Positions 9,570-19,796 of a DNA stretch of 64,000 nt are shown one piece after another; position 1 is the first letter of the stretch; the number at the start of each line of letters is the position of its first letter. The notes beneath the pieces were generated by a model, which ran no database searches, was not told the origin of the DNA, and was given only the letters and a program-made list of their open reading frames with translations. Made by a program: the position numbers and the translations under genes. Origin of the DNA: Gammaproteobacteria bacterium (lineage in GTDB: Bacteria > Pseudomonadota > Gammaproteobacteria > Xanthomonadales > Marinicellaceae); NCBI GenBank assembly GCA_024280395.1, contig JAJRQG010000150.1:2091-66090 (forward strand), read 5' to 3'.

Positions 9570-10478
9570 CTATTTTTTGAATAAATATGAGGACACAAAA
9601 TCTAATGCTACCTCCATGTTGTCCTCTGCTGTATTGATGTGAATAATTCCCAAATCTGCGTAGTCACCAGTAATTGCATCAATCATCACAAATGGATCAT
9701 GTTGTGCATGATTTTCATGCAAGAAAGCCACTAAAATATAGGTGTTCTGCATATTGTGTTTCTCAAGCATTGTCATATATTGAGCGAACTCATCTAACGG
9801 ATCATTTGAGTCCAGGCTAAGATAAATAACAACGGCCTTAACATCTTGTAGGTTGTTTCTAACAATGTTCTCTATACTATGACCATGACTTGATCCTACG
9901 ATATTAATTGTGCTTAATTTTGTTCCATATTTATAAGAATCAAATTGATGATCATACTTATTTCCCTTAAGAGGGATGGACTTTACATCACTAGAATTAT
10001 CAATAACGATTGCCTGACAATCGCGGCCTTGTCCCAAGACCATCACATTGTATTTTTTTTGAAATTGACGTTTTATTTTTTTTCCCATCTCAATAAATGG
10101 CTCTGTACCTAGGCCCGTGTACTCAACTTTTAGATTCACATCTTGGTTAAGTTTCTCTTTTACTGATAACGTGTGTTTTTTTATGTGTTTTTTTAAACCA
10201 ACTAAATAGCTTTTTTCACCGGACATATCACCTAAATCAGTAAGGGCAATTTCTTTGATTTTACTCCCCAGTTTAATATAAGGCTCTGTCCCAATGCCTG
10301 TATACTCTACTTTAAAATTAACATCTTCATTGAACTTGTCTTTCACTTTAGACCAGTGATTGTTTAACTGGCGTTTTAAACCAATCAAATAGCTTTCTTC
10401 ACCTGACATATCGTCCAAGTCTAGTTCTCTTATACTTTTGGTGACATCTTCGGTGGTTAAATTGTGTAAATCTTTCAT
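9570..10478 (-). CDS. hypothetical protein with a tandem ~58-aa duplication and a C-terminal alpha/beta domain
   Basis: aa ~18-76 (DLDDMSGEESYLIGLKRQL...VEYTGIGTEPYIKLGSKIKE) repeats at aa ~79-137 (DLGDMSGEKSYLVGLKKHI...VEYTGLGTEPFIEMGKKIKR). ATG start confirmed. No family recognised. Confidence 0.6.
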   Translation of the reverse strand: MKDLHNLTTEDVTKSIRELDLDDMSGEESYLIGLKRQLNNHWSKVKDKFNEDVNFKVEYTGIGTEPYIKLGSKIKEIALTDLGDMSGEKSYLVGLKKHIKKHTLSVKEKLNQDVNLKVEYTGLGTEPFIEMGKKIKRQFQKKYNVMVLGQGRDCQAIVIDNSSDVKSIPLKGNKYDHQFDSYKYGTKLSTINIVGSSHGHSIENIVRNNLQDVKAVVIYLSLDSNDPLDEFAQYMTMLEKHNMQNTYILVAFLHENHAQHDPFVMIDAITGDYADLGIIHINTAEDNMEVALDFVSSYLFKK

Positions 10479-10782
10479 AGTGGTTATATTATTGTTTTAT
10501 CTACCCCATGGTTTCTCAGGAAGAGCAAGGAGTTTCTTTACCAATATAATAGGCAGTTAATTTTTAATTCTCAATGAAAACAATAACGGCAACAATATAA
10601 TCCAACTTAATGCGACTATTCAGGTCAGTGAATCATGATAGCTAAGAAAAGTTGACAATAATTTACAAAGGGAGCTTTGGAGATATATCTTTTACATTCT
10701 CGAGATGAAAAGGTTGGTTTCATAGATAGTGCTTGATAGAAAAAGTATTCGTAGCGAAGGAAAATATGGTTTTAGGCAATAG

Positions 10783-10818
10783 ATAACACCTTGAATCATT
10801 GATTATTCAAGGTGTTAT
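10783..10818 (-). terminator. hairpin downstream of the sortilin-like gene
   Basis: ataacaccttgaat / attcaaggtgttat: 14-bp perfect stem with an 8-nt loop, about 27 nt past the stop at 10845. The T-run is better on the + strand. Confidence 0.4.
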
Positions 10819-10844
10819 TATTTTCAATAACAATCAGACTGTGT

Positions 10845-13800
10845 TTAATTCACAAAGTCATCAAATGATTTGATGTTAACCTGATGTCCAGTAGCTAGAA
10901 AACCTTTAATTTCTTTCTTACTGATTTTATTAAATGTTTTATTGGCTTGATTAAACCTTTCTTTAATAAGCTTTAAGTTGGCCATTTCTGGCTTAGAAGG
11001 CGGTGCAAACCCTCCAGCTACTTTGCTATACAAATCTGATAGGTCTTCTCTAAGTTGAGGATCAACTGTACCCACATAATTATCACCTGTTGTAATCACC
11101 AAAGTTTCTTTTAGAGCATTCAATTTATCCAACATGGCTTTATTTGCTGTATCTTTTCCAGCATCAATATAGCTGTCAATCTGATAGACTAAATACGCCA
11201 ATTGCTCAGTCATGTCATAGAGTTTCATAGTGGCTTCATGCAGTTGCGCACGTTGTTTATCGGTATAAGGCGACTCTGGATCATTTTTTAGAACCACTTG
11301 CGTTTCATAACTTTCTTTGCCCTTAGTAAAAACAACTTTATAGGTTCCTGCTGGCACTCTGGGTGTTGTGAAACCACCAAAAGCAAAAGTTTTTGCCTTA
11401 GCAATTCTAGGACGTTTTAATCGACCATTCCAACTCACCGTATTGATTCCTTTTGCCTTACTTACGGGCAAATCTGCTATAACCTTGCCCTGTTCATCAA
11501 ATACTTGCATTTTGGTTTTTCCAAATATATGTCTCTTTTGTAGATAATAGACAATCTTTGCATTGCGATCTGGATTGGGTCCGACGTATTCCATTTCAGA
11601 ACTTCTTCCACCAAAGCCACTTTCTTCATTAATTGTCATCGGTTTGGGTTTAAAGAAATAAACCTTTTTGGCCAAAACTTCAGGGGTAATCTGACGCAAT
11701 GGACTGATATCATCAAGAATGATTACACCACGACCATGGGTTCCCATAACCAAATCACTGGTTTGTGCTTGTAGTTCAATGTAATGAACCGCAACTTGTG
11801 GCATATTTTTGGTGAAATGGCTCCAGTTTTTACCACCATTGATTGTGATGAACAAACCCCGCTCAGTACCAACAAAAAGCAAATCTGGATTTTCATAGTC
11901 TTCTTGTAAATTCCTACTGAATCCTATAATTTCATCAGTAACAATTGATTTCCAGGTTTTACCATAATCACTGGTTTTATAAATATAGGGTTTTGCATCA
12001 TTGGCAGTGTGCCCATCAAAAACCGCATATGCCGTGGCTTTGTCATGAACACTGGCTTCGATATGATAGACCCAAGTGTTGGCGGGAAGGTTGGGGATGT
12101 TCTTTACTACATTTTTCCATTTTTTTCCGCCATTTTCAGTGACTTGTACTTGCCCATCATCGGTACCCACCCAAATGACCTTTTCGTCTAAGGGAGATTC
12201 AGCAATGGTAAATATGGTTTCATAGTTTTCGGCGCCTGAGTTGTCTTTTGATAGTCCACCAGAATCTTGTTGATTTTGTTTGGATGGGTCATTGGTGGTT
12301 AAGTCAGGAGAAATCTTTTTCCAAGTATCACCTGTATCATTTGATCGATACAAGAATTGACTGCCCATATAGATTCTATCTGGGTTATTTGCACTCAACA
12401 CAATAGGAGCATTCCAGTTAAATCTCAACTTAGGATCACCTTTTTCAGGCAGAGGTTGAATAGTTTTCACCTCATCTCGATCGAGATTGTAACGCCAAAC
12501 ATTTTCCGCGCCCTGCATTTCTGAATAAATAATTTTCTTGGTTGGGTGTCTTAACACTCTAAAACCATCACCATATCCAATGCTTTCCCAATCGCGTGCT
12601 TCAATACCACCAGGTGAGTATGACGGTCCATACCAAGATCCATTGTCCTGTAATCCGCCATAAATATTGTAAGGCGTTTCATTGTCAACACTGATATGAT
12701 AGAACTGAGAAAGAGGTAAATTCGCCACTATTTCCATGGTAGTTGCACCATCCCAACTTCTGTACAATCCACCATCTGTTCCAACATACATGCGATCTGA
12801 GTCATTGATATCAAATACAATATCATGAATATCACCATGCATATTGCCTAAGTTTTTAAAGGTCTTTCCGCCATCGCGACTGATTGAGCCTTGCAGCCCT
12901 GCTTTTACCAAAACATTTGGATTTTTTGGGTCAACAACAATTCTTGAAAAGTAAAATGGCCTAACCACTAAACCAAAATCACCATTTAGATGTTGCCAAC
13001 TTTCACCTGCATCATCAGAACGGTACAACCCGTTGTCTTGTGCATTTTCTGTTTCCAACACTGAATATACTATATTGCTATCAGATGGAGCTACTGCAAC
13101 AGCAATTCTGCCCAGTTTGCCTTCAGGAAAACCATTGTGTATTTTATTCCAGGTTTTGCCTGAATCACTGGATTTGTACAAAGCACTTTTCTTACCGCCC
13201 GAATTAAATGACCAAGCGGTTCTTCTAAATTCCCACATGGAAGCATACAGCACCTCTGGATTATTGGGGTCCATAATTAAATCCGAACAACCTGTACCTG
13301 CATCAACATACAATACTTGCTCCCAAGTCTTACCACCATCCAATGTTTTATAAACACCTCGTTCCTCACTGTCACCCCAAAGAGCTCCAAGAATGCCAAC
13401 ATAAACTTCATCGCGGTTGTTGGGATTGATTTCAATGCTACTGATGCGTTCAGAATGTTCAAAACCTATCTTTTTCCAGTTAATTCCTCCATCGTCTGAA
13501 CGAAATAAACCATCGCCTGTAGATACAGAGTTACGGGTCCATGTTTCACCCGTTCCCACCCAAATGGTTTTATCGGGTTGCACTGGATCAACTGCAATCA
13601 CACCTATGGATTGCACATGATCGTCAAAAATTGGCTCAAACGATGCACCACCATTTTTTGATCTCCAAACTCCCCCACCAGCTGCTCCAAGATAGATCAC
13701 TTTGTTGTTTGTTGGATGAGACTCCAAATCATTGATTCGTCCACTCATCAGTGCTGGGCCAATTTGTCTGGCTTTCATATCACCAAACAATGCCTTGCCT

Positions 13801-13892
13801 TTTAGTTCAGCATCGGCTGCGTGAACAGATCCGACAACTGCAATACTGGCAACCAGTGCCAGTAAAGATTTTTTTATTTTTAGTGTATTCAT
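10845..13892 (-). CDS. secreted Asp-box (BNR) / sortilin-Vps10-like beta-propeller protein
   Basis: Signal peptide MNTLKIKKSLLALVASIAVVGSVHA. About 10 SxDxGxTW-type motifs (SDDGGINW, TLDGGKTW, SSDSGKTW, SDDAGESW, SRDGGKTF, SNDTGDTW, TENGGKKW, TSDYGKTW, TINGGKNW). The track start at 13904 is TTG; the ATG is at 13892. Confidence 0.85.
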   Translation of the reverse strand: MNTLKIKKSLLALVASIAVVGSVHAADAELKGKALFGDMKARQIGPALMSGRINDLESHPTNNKVIYLGAAGGGVWRSKNGGASFEPIFDDHVQSIGVIAVDPVQPDKTIWVGTGETWTRNSVSTGDGLFRSDDGGINWKKIGFEHSERISSIEINPNNRDEVYVGILGALWGDSEERGVYKTLDGGKTWEQVLYVDAGTGCSDLIMDPNNPEVLYASMWEFRRTAWSFNSGGKKSALYKSSDSGKTWNKIHNGFPEGKLGRIAVAVAPSDSNIVYSVLETENAQDNGLYRSDDAGESWQHLNGDFGLVVRPFYFSRIVVDPKNPNVLVKAGLQGSISRDGGKTFKNLGNMHGDIHDIVFDINDSDRMYVGTDGGLYRSWDGATTMEIVANLPLSQFYHISVDNETPYNIYGGLQDNGSWYGPSYSPGGIEARDWESIGYGDGFRVLRHPTKKIIYSEMQGAENVWRYNLDRDEVKTIQPLPEKGDPKLRFNWNAPIVLSANNPDRIYMGSQFLYRSNDTGDTWKKISPDLTTNDPSKQNQQDSGGLSKDNSGAENYETIFTIAESPLDEKVIWVGTDDGQVQVTENGGKKWKNVVKNIPNLPANTWVYHIEASVHDKATAYAVFDGHTANDAKPYIYKTSDYGKTWKSIVTDEIIGFSRNLQEDYENPDLLFVGTERGLFITINGGKNWSHFTKNMPQVAVHYIELQAQTSDLVMGTHGRGVIILDDISPLRQITPEVLAKKVYFFKPKPMTINEESGFGGRSSEMEYVGPNPDRNAKIVYYLQKRHIFGKTKMQVFDEQGKVIADLPVSKAKGINTVSWNGRLKRPRIAKAKTFAFGGFTTPRVPAGTYKVVFTKGKESYETQVVLKNDPESPYTDKQRAQLHEATMKLYDMTEQLAYLVYQIDSYIDAGKDTANKAMLDKLNALKETLVITTGDNYVGTVDPQLREDLSDLYSKVAGGFAPPSKPEMANLKLIKERFNQANKTFNKISKKEIKGFLATGHQVNIKSFDDFVN

Positions 13893-13908
13893 TGTAGTTC
13901 TCAATCAG

Positions 13909-14700
13909 TTATTTTGCTTTTTCAGTAGAGGCTTCTTTTTTAGGTTCTGCTTCAACTACTGGCATATCAAATTCACTGTTATCAATTGTTGGATTGAGTT
14001 CGATTTTATTAATAACCATAGTAACTCCAGGTCCATCTTTCATGCCTTGAGTTAATGAAAAAGGAAAGTATAACCCATCTACTTCTTGGTAGTCACCTAA
14101 TTTACTTTCACCCATTTTCCCTTTCATCGGTCCTTCTTTAACTTCCGATTCAGTTACTAAAGGCACCAATGAATCTACTTCAAAATAGTAATAGCTGATG
14201 TCGTCTACTTTTTTGCCATCCACTGTTTTTGGTTCTCTTGTCAATTTAAGCTTATAAGTATCAGCCCCATCTTTTTCTTCATTGCCTAATAACTCTAAAT
14301 CGTATCCCTTTTGCTTGTAGTTAAACAAAGGGAATGGAAAATCATTCATTTCCAATTTTTGATTGGCAGTGGCTTCTGCATCTGATTTTTCAGCTTTCAT
14401 GGTCATGAAATTGGTATTCCACATGGTTTCTCCATCGAAAACACCTTGCTTGAGTTCCTTGCCTTGAAAACTGAATTTCATGAATTGTTTGCCACCTTTT
14501 AAGCTAACAATTTCAAAAGGAAACTTCATTCCCCCTTGATTCATTTCACCAATCATTTTAATGCCGTTAATATTCCCCCAGGCCTCTATTCCACCGGTGT
14601 TTTCCATATAACCTGATATAATTTCATCAGCTGTTATGGCATTGGCAGAACCCATAGCTAGAAAAGAAAGAAGTACAATTTTTAATCTGTTGTTTTTCAT
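13909..14700 (-). CDS. LolA-fold outer-membrane-lipoprotein-sorting-like periplasmic protein
   Basis: Signal peptide MKNNRLKIVLLSFLAMGSANA. Size and beta-rich sequence (..DTYKLKLT..YYYFEVDS..) resemble the protein usually annotated outer membrane lipoprotein-sorting protein. It lies 5 nt upstream of the propeller gene. Confidence 0.65.
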   Translation of the reverse strand: MKNNRLKIVLLSFLAMGSANAITADEIISGYMENTGGIEAWGNINGIKMIGEMNQGGMKFPFEIVSLKGGKQFMKFSFQGKELKQGVFDGETMWNTNFMTMKAEKSDAEATANQKLEMNDFPFPLFNYKQKGYDLELLGNEEKDGADTYKLKLTREPKTVDGKKVDDISYYYFEVDSLVPLVTESEVKEGPMKGKMGESKLGDYQEVDGLYFPFSLTQGMKDGPGVTMVINKIELNPTIDNSEFDMPVVEAEPKKEASTEKAK

Positions 14701-14850
14701 TTGATTATCCTGTTTAAAAAAATTATGTCTATATTACAGACAAGGACGATTAAATACTATATGCCAATCGTCACAAAAAACAGTTACCCTTTGGTTGCAT
14801 TGATTCTTAATGTCATTCAAGGTAAACTACTTACAAATAAAATTTTAAGG

Positions 14851-15948
14851 ATGTTGATGAAAAATAATATTGGCTTTGATGTATATTTGGTTTTAGGTAT
14901 CTTAATTTTCTTTGCCTTGTTGGAAATTATTGTCGGTCATTTGAGAAAATCAAAACGTTCTAAAGGAGAATGGATACAAGAAGCCGGTGGATTTTTAGCC
15001 TTGTCTTTATTGATCAAGCCCTTGATTGTTTTAACCGCGGTGACATTGGGTTATCGTTTTTTTCCACAATTCCAACATGTTCTAGGTAATTGGAATATCT
15101 GGCTATTGCTGCCTTTTTATATTTTGATCGATGACCTGTTGCAATATTGGTACCACCGCTCAGGCCATGAATACGAATTCCTATGGAAACTTCACCGTTC
15201 CCACCACCAAGCCGAGCAAATGGGGTTCTTTATCTCCTATCGAAATGCAGGACTATACTATGTAATGATGCCCAATCTATGGTGGTTAGCAATCATCACT
15301 TTTCTCGGCGGTGGTTATGCTGTAGCCATAGGACTTGTGGCCAAACAATTGGTCATTATTGGTTCACACAGTACATTGAGTTGGGACAAACCTTTGTACA
15401 AAAACAAATTAACCTCAGCATTGATGTCAATTATTGAGCGCATAATTGTTACTCCTGCCTTTCACCATGGGCATCACGGAAAATCAAAATTGGATGGCAT
15501 CAGTGACCCCAATGGAAATTTTGGCAATATGTTTTCTATTTGGGACCAATTATTTGGCTCTGCGGTCTTTAGCCGACAATTTCCATCGCAATATGGTTTA
15601 CAAACCGCCACCAATGAAAGCTGGACAGCTTCTTATTTCTACCCTTTAATGAAATCCAAAGACAACAAAAACATTCTATCAAAAGGTTTTGTTAAAGAAA
15701 AAACCGCTTCATTTAAACCCATTTCAATTGAGTTAAATAAAGGAGAAAAATACCTTTGGTGCAAATGTGGAAAAAGTCAAACCCAACCTTTCTGCGATGG
15801 GTCCCATCATGGTTCAAAAGTAAAACCGTTATTATTTGAAGCTGATAAAGATGGAAAAACTAGATTGTGCAATTGTAAGGCAACCAAAAACCCACCCTAT
15901 TGCGATGGCAGTCATGTTGAACTTCAAAAACAACAGCAAACTGACTGA
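14851..15948 (+). CDS. membrane fatty-acid hydroxylase/sterol-desaturase family protein fused to two CDGSH [2Fe-2S] motifs
   Basis: His boxes HRSGHEYEFLWKLHRSHHQ and HHGHHG. The C-terminus has CKCGKSQTQPFCDGSHH and CNCKATKNPPYCDGSHV. The first 50 codons of the track ORF abut the divergent gene and are probably not translated; ATGs at 14851/14857 follow taagg. Confidence 0.8.
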   Translation: MLMKNNIGFDVYLVLGILIFFALLEIIVGHLRKSKRSKGEWIQEAGGFLALSLLIKPLIVLTAVTLGYRFFPQFQHVLGNWNIWLLLPFYILIDDLLQYWYHRSGHEYEFLWKLHRSHHQAEQMGFFISYRNAGLYYVMMPNLWWLAIITFLGGGYAVAIGLVAKQLVIIGSHSTLSWDKPLYKNKLTSALMSIIERIIVTPAFHHGHHGKSKLDGISDPNGNFGNMFSIWDQLFGSAVFSRQFPSQYGLQTATNESWTASYFYPLMKSKDNKNILSKGFVKEKTASFKPISIELNKGEKYLWCKCGKSQTQPFCDGSHHGSKVKPLLFEADKDGKTRLCNCKATKNPPYCDGSHVELQKQQQTD

Positions 15949-15989
15949 TATTTTATTCTTCTTAAATATATTTTACTCGGAAAAACCTT

Positions 15990-18374
15990 ATGCTTAGAAA
16001 ATCTCAATTTGTCCTACTCCTACTATGCTTTATAACAGCCTCCCATGCTGTTTCTATTTCAGAATACACAAAAGGCATGCAAAAAAGTGCTGGGTTTTTT
16101 GATTTTTATTGGGACCAGAAGAATGGCAAAATACTTCTAAAAGTCGAAGAACTTGACAAAGATTTCCTCTATGTTAATTATTTACAATCAGGAGTTGGTT
16201 CCAATGATATTGGATTGGATAGAGGTCAGATTGGTGGGCAGAAGCTGGTTAAATTCCAAAGATTCGGCAACAAAGTTTTGCTCATTCAACCCAATTTAGA
16301 TTATAGGGCAATCAGCAACAACCCACTGGAAGTTAAAGCCGTCTCAGATGGCTTTGCGCAATCGGTAATCTGGGGCGCTGAAATCCTAGCCGAAACCAAA
16401 AACTCCATCTTGCTTGATGTCACCTCTTTCTTATTGCGAGATTCTCACGCCATCAACAATAGATTAAACCAATTGGAGCAAGGCAACTATTCAATAGATA
16501 CGAATCGTTCGGTAATATTCATGGATAACAGCAAGAGTTTCCCTGATAACACTGAATTTGAAGCGATGATTACTTTTAAAGGCAAGAATCCAGGGAATCA
16601 CCTCAGAACAGTTATTCCTTCTTCTGAAAGTTTCTCGGTTCGCACCCACCATTCATTTATTCGTTTACCTGAAGAGCCTTATCAGGTGCGCCAATTTGAC
16701 CCGCGTTCGGGAGCTATTTCTATGAACTACCAAGATTATGCTGCACCCTTGGGCCAATCATTAACCCAACAAATCATCATTCGTCATCGCTTAGAAAAAA
16801 AGAACCCTGAATTGGCAGTAAGTGATCCCATCAAACCGATTATTTACTATCTTGACCCTGGTACTCCAGAACCCATGCGTTCGGCTTTGTTGGAAGGAGC
16901 CAGTTGGTGGGCTGAAGGTTTTCTTGCTGCCGGTTTTAGCCATGCTTTTCAAGTCAAATTATTGCCAGAGGGCGCTGATGCACTTGATGTGCGTTACAAC
17001 ACCATACAATGGGTGCACCGTTCAACCAGAGGTTGGTCTTATGGTGCCAATATATCCGACCCCAGAACCGGTGAAATACTTAAGGGCCATGTTAGTCTTG
17101 GGTCATTACGCATAAGGCAGGACATGTTAATAGCACAAGGGTTGTTGTCGCCTTTTAAAGAGGGCATTAATGCCGATAAACGCATACAAAGCATGGCATT
17201 GGCTAGATTACGACAATTGGCAGCACATGAAGTCGGACACACTTTGGGCTTTACCCACAATTTCGCCGCCAGTACTGTTAACCGTGATTCGGTAATGGAT
17301 TATCCCCACCCTTTGGTTAAATTAACACCCAACAATACCATCGACCTAACAGATTCTTATGCTGTTGGACTGGGTGAATGGGACAAAATTGCCTTGAAAT
17401 ACAGCTATCAACAATTTGAAGACAATGAGAACACACACCTAAACAAGATTCTCTCCGATTCAGCCGCCAACGGGCACCTGTTTATTTCTGATCGAGATGC
17501 ACGAATGCAAGGAGGTAGTCATCCAAGCGCCCATCTGTGGGACAATGGTTCTGACCCTATTCAAGGCCTACAAGATGTATTGAAAGTAAGAAAAATCGCC
17601 TTAGAAAACTTTGGTTTAAATACCTTAAAAGATGGCGAAACCTTGTTTTCTTTGGAACAAATTCTAACACCTATTTATTTGTTTCATCGATATCAAGTAG
17701 AAGCTGTCAGCAAATTAATTGCGGGAATCGATTACCGATATGCGATTAAAGGCGAAACAAATGGTGAAAATAAAATCATTAATGGCAAACGCCAAAATCA
17801 AGCACTAACAATGCTGATGAAAACCTTGCATGCGGATCAATTGGCAGTACCCGAAAACATTCTACAGCTATTGTTACCACCCCCTGATGGAAGTTACCGT
17901 CACAGAGAGCATTTTAAACACCGCACCGGATTAAATTTTGATGCGCTTGGAGCAGCAGAAACCGCTGCACAAATAACATTGAAACTCATACTAAACCCAC
18001 AACGCGCCAACCGTTTAATCGAACAACATGCCCGCATAGAAACCATTCCAAGCTTATCTCAGGTTGTTGATACTCTCGTTAATAATACTTGGAATAAACG
18101 GTGGAACAATGACTACTACACAGAAGTACAAAATAGCATTAATGCATCAGTTCTAAAGGAGTTAATGAGCTTAGCAGTTAACCCAACGTCTTCACCTCAA
18201 GTCAAAGCCATAACCACAGAAAAACTCATTCAATTAAAGAAATCACTGTCCAAACACAAAACCCCAATGGCCAAACAAGCCGTTCGTGATATTGAAAGAT
18301 TTATCCAAAAGGGAATGCCAAAAACATCAAAGCCATTATCTATTCCGCCTGGATCGCCTATTGGGTCTTATTGA
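15990..18374 (+). CDS. secreted zinc metalloprotease (DUF5117/DUF4953-type)
   Basis: Signal peptide. HEXXH in AAHEVGHTLGFTHNF, followed by SVMDYP. 794 aa. Confidence 0.8.
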   Translation: MLRKSQFVLLLLCFITASHAVSISEYTKGMQKSAGFFDFYWDQKNGKILLKVEELDKDFLYVNYLQSGVGSNDIGLDRGQIGGQKLVKFQRFGNKVLLIQPNLDYRAISNNPLEVKAVSDGFAQSVIWGAEILAETKNSILLDVTSFLLRDSHAINNRLNQLEQGNYSIDTNRSVIFMDNSKSFPDNTEFEAMITFKGKNPGNHLRTVIPSSESFSVRTHHSFIRLPEEPYQVRQFDPRSGAISMNYQDYAAPLGQSLTQQIIIRHRLEKKNPELAVSDPIKPIIYYLDPGTPEPMRSALLEGASWWAEGFLAAGFSHAFQVKLLPEGADALDVRYNTIQWVHRSTRGWSYGANISDPRTGEILKGHVSLGSLRIRQDMLIAQGLLSPFKEGINADKRIQSMALARLRQLAAHEVGHTLGFTHNFAASTVNRDSVMDYPHPLVKLTPNNTIDLTDSYAVGLGEWDKIALKYSYQQFEDNENTHLNKILSDSAANGHLFISDRDARMQGGSHPSAHLWDNGSDPIQGLQDVLKVRKIALENFGLNTLKDGETLFSLEQILTPIYLFHRYQVEAVSKLIAGIDYRYAIKGETNGENKIINGKRQNQALTMLMKTLHADQLAVPENILQLLLPPPDGSYRHREHFKHRTGLNFDALGAAETAAQITLKLILNPQRANRLIEQHARIETIPSLSQVVDTLVNNTWNKRWNNDYYTEVQNSINASVLKELMSLAVNPTSSPQVKAITTEKLIQLKKSLSKHKTPMAKQAVRDIERFIQKGMPKTSKPLSIPPGSPIGSY

Positions 18375-18406
18375 ATAGGTTCTTACTAAAGAGATTATTA
18401 ACATAT

Positions 18407-18436
18407 AAAAAAAGGGCCCAAATTTGAGCCCTTTCA
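18407..18436. terminator. bidirectional hairpin between convergent genes
   Basis: aaaaagggc-ccaaatttga-gcccttt sits between the protease stop (18374) and the nrdB stop (18471). The stem is short. Confidence 0.4.
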
Positions 18437-18470
18437 TTAATAATTTACCATTGATAATTAATAATTATTT

Positions 18471-19655
18471 TCAGTCCCAACTTAACGCACCACCAGTTTG
18501 GTACTCAGTTACTCGGGTCTCAAAGAAATTTTTCTCTTTGCGTAGGTTTGATTGTTCGTCTAACCAACCCAGTGAACATTGTGCGCCTGGGAATGGTTCT
18601 TCCATGCCAAGTTGACGTGCGCGTCTGTTTGCGATGTAACGAAATTGTTCGCTGTGGTCTTGAGCGTTGTAACCTAAAATTGGGCTGCGTAAAATATATT
18701 TGGCATAATTCGATTCCGCTGCCTCTGACTCATCCCACATGTCTCTGATTGCTTTTGGATCTAAGCTGATGTCATTTTCTGCAAAGATTTGTTTAACGAC
18801 ACGAATACCAAATGAGGCATGCATCACTTCGTCACGCATAATATACTGTAATTGCTCTGCTGTGCCTTTCATCAAACCACGTCTTTGTAGTGAGAAGATG
18901 GGTGAGAAACCATTATAGAACCAACAGCCTTCAAAGATGCCTGCAAAGAAAATATATGCCATGATGAATTCATGCAAATCGTCTTTGTTGCCCAAATCCA
19001 TATCGGTGCGCAATACTGAGTCCAGTCTGCGATTGGCGATTTGGATTTTTTGGTTTATTTCAGGAACTACACGGTAACGGTTATAAATTTCGCCTTGATC
19101 CAATCCAATAGTCTCAATGCAGTGCTGATATGTCCATGTGTGCAAGGCTTCTTCATACACTTGGCGTGCTTGATAAATCTGCAACTCAGGCGCACTCATT
19201 TTTTCCATTACTGCCAAACCAATATTGCGCATGGCCAGAATGTCTGAGGTGGTTAAATAGGAAAGTACGTTGGTATAAACATGACGTTCATCATCATTGA
19301 GCTTATGGTGGAAATCATGTACATCACTGGTCATATTGACATCCAATGGAGTCCAATGATTTTTGTTGGCGTTTAAGAAATATTTCCAAGCCCAAGGATA
19401 TTTAAAAGGGGCTAATTGATTAATATCAGTTTGGCCATTAACAACACGTTTATCATCAGCCCTTACTGGTTCAACTGCCATGCGGGCATTTTCTTCAATA
19501 TTTTCCGGTGTGTGATTGGCAACTGTTGGTTGTTTTATCTCTGCATTTTCATGTATCACCTTTTGGGCTACATGTTCGGTTGCTTCTTTGACAACAACTG
19601 CTTTTTCAACAGTCTCTTTCTTGCCTAGTCCTAATGGGTCATCCCAATTGTACAT
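18471..19655 (-). CDS. nrdB: ribonucleoside-diphosphate reductase beta subunit (class Ia)
   Basis: Diiron/tyrosyl-radical fold motifs (..EEALHTWTY.., ..RDEVMHASFG..). Paired with nrdA. Confidence 0.95.
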   Translation of the reverse strand: MYNWDDPLGLGKKETVEKAVVVKEATEHVAQKVIHENAEIKQPTVANHTPENIEENARMAVEPVRADDKRVVNGQTDINQLAPFKYPWAWKYFLNANKNHWTPLDVNMTSDVHDFHHKLNDDERHVYTNVLSYLTTSDILAMRNIGLAVMEKMSAPELQIYQARQVYEEALHTWTYQHCIETIGLDQGEIYNRYRVVPEINQKIQIANRRLDSVLRTDMDLGNKDDLHEFIMAYIFFAGIFEGCWFYNGFSPIFSLQRRGLMKGTAEQLQYIMRDEVMHASFGIRVVKQIFAENDISLDPKAIRDMWDESEAAESNYAKYILRSPILGYNAQDHSEQFRYIANRRARQLGMEEPFPGAQCSLGWLDEQSNLRKEKNFFETRVTEYQTGGALSWD

Positions 19656-19796
19656 TTACTACTACTCCCACAGTAATTTTACGTTGATTATACTAACACT
19701 TATTCTCAAAAAGTGATAGTACCAATTTTATTTTTTTATTTGATTTTAATCTTCGACAGAATTCACATTCTGTAAATATAATGATTAAACTTATTT

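Noticed and set aside
14701-14850. 5' extension of the hydroxylase ORF giving a 415-aa protein
   Set aside because: It would start at the very base next to the divergent gene's ATG, leaving no promoter space. The extra 50 aa have no membrane or signal character. ATGs at 14851/14857 follow an SD-like taagg.
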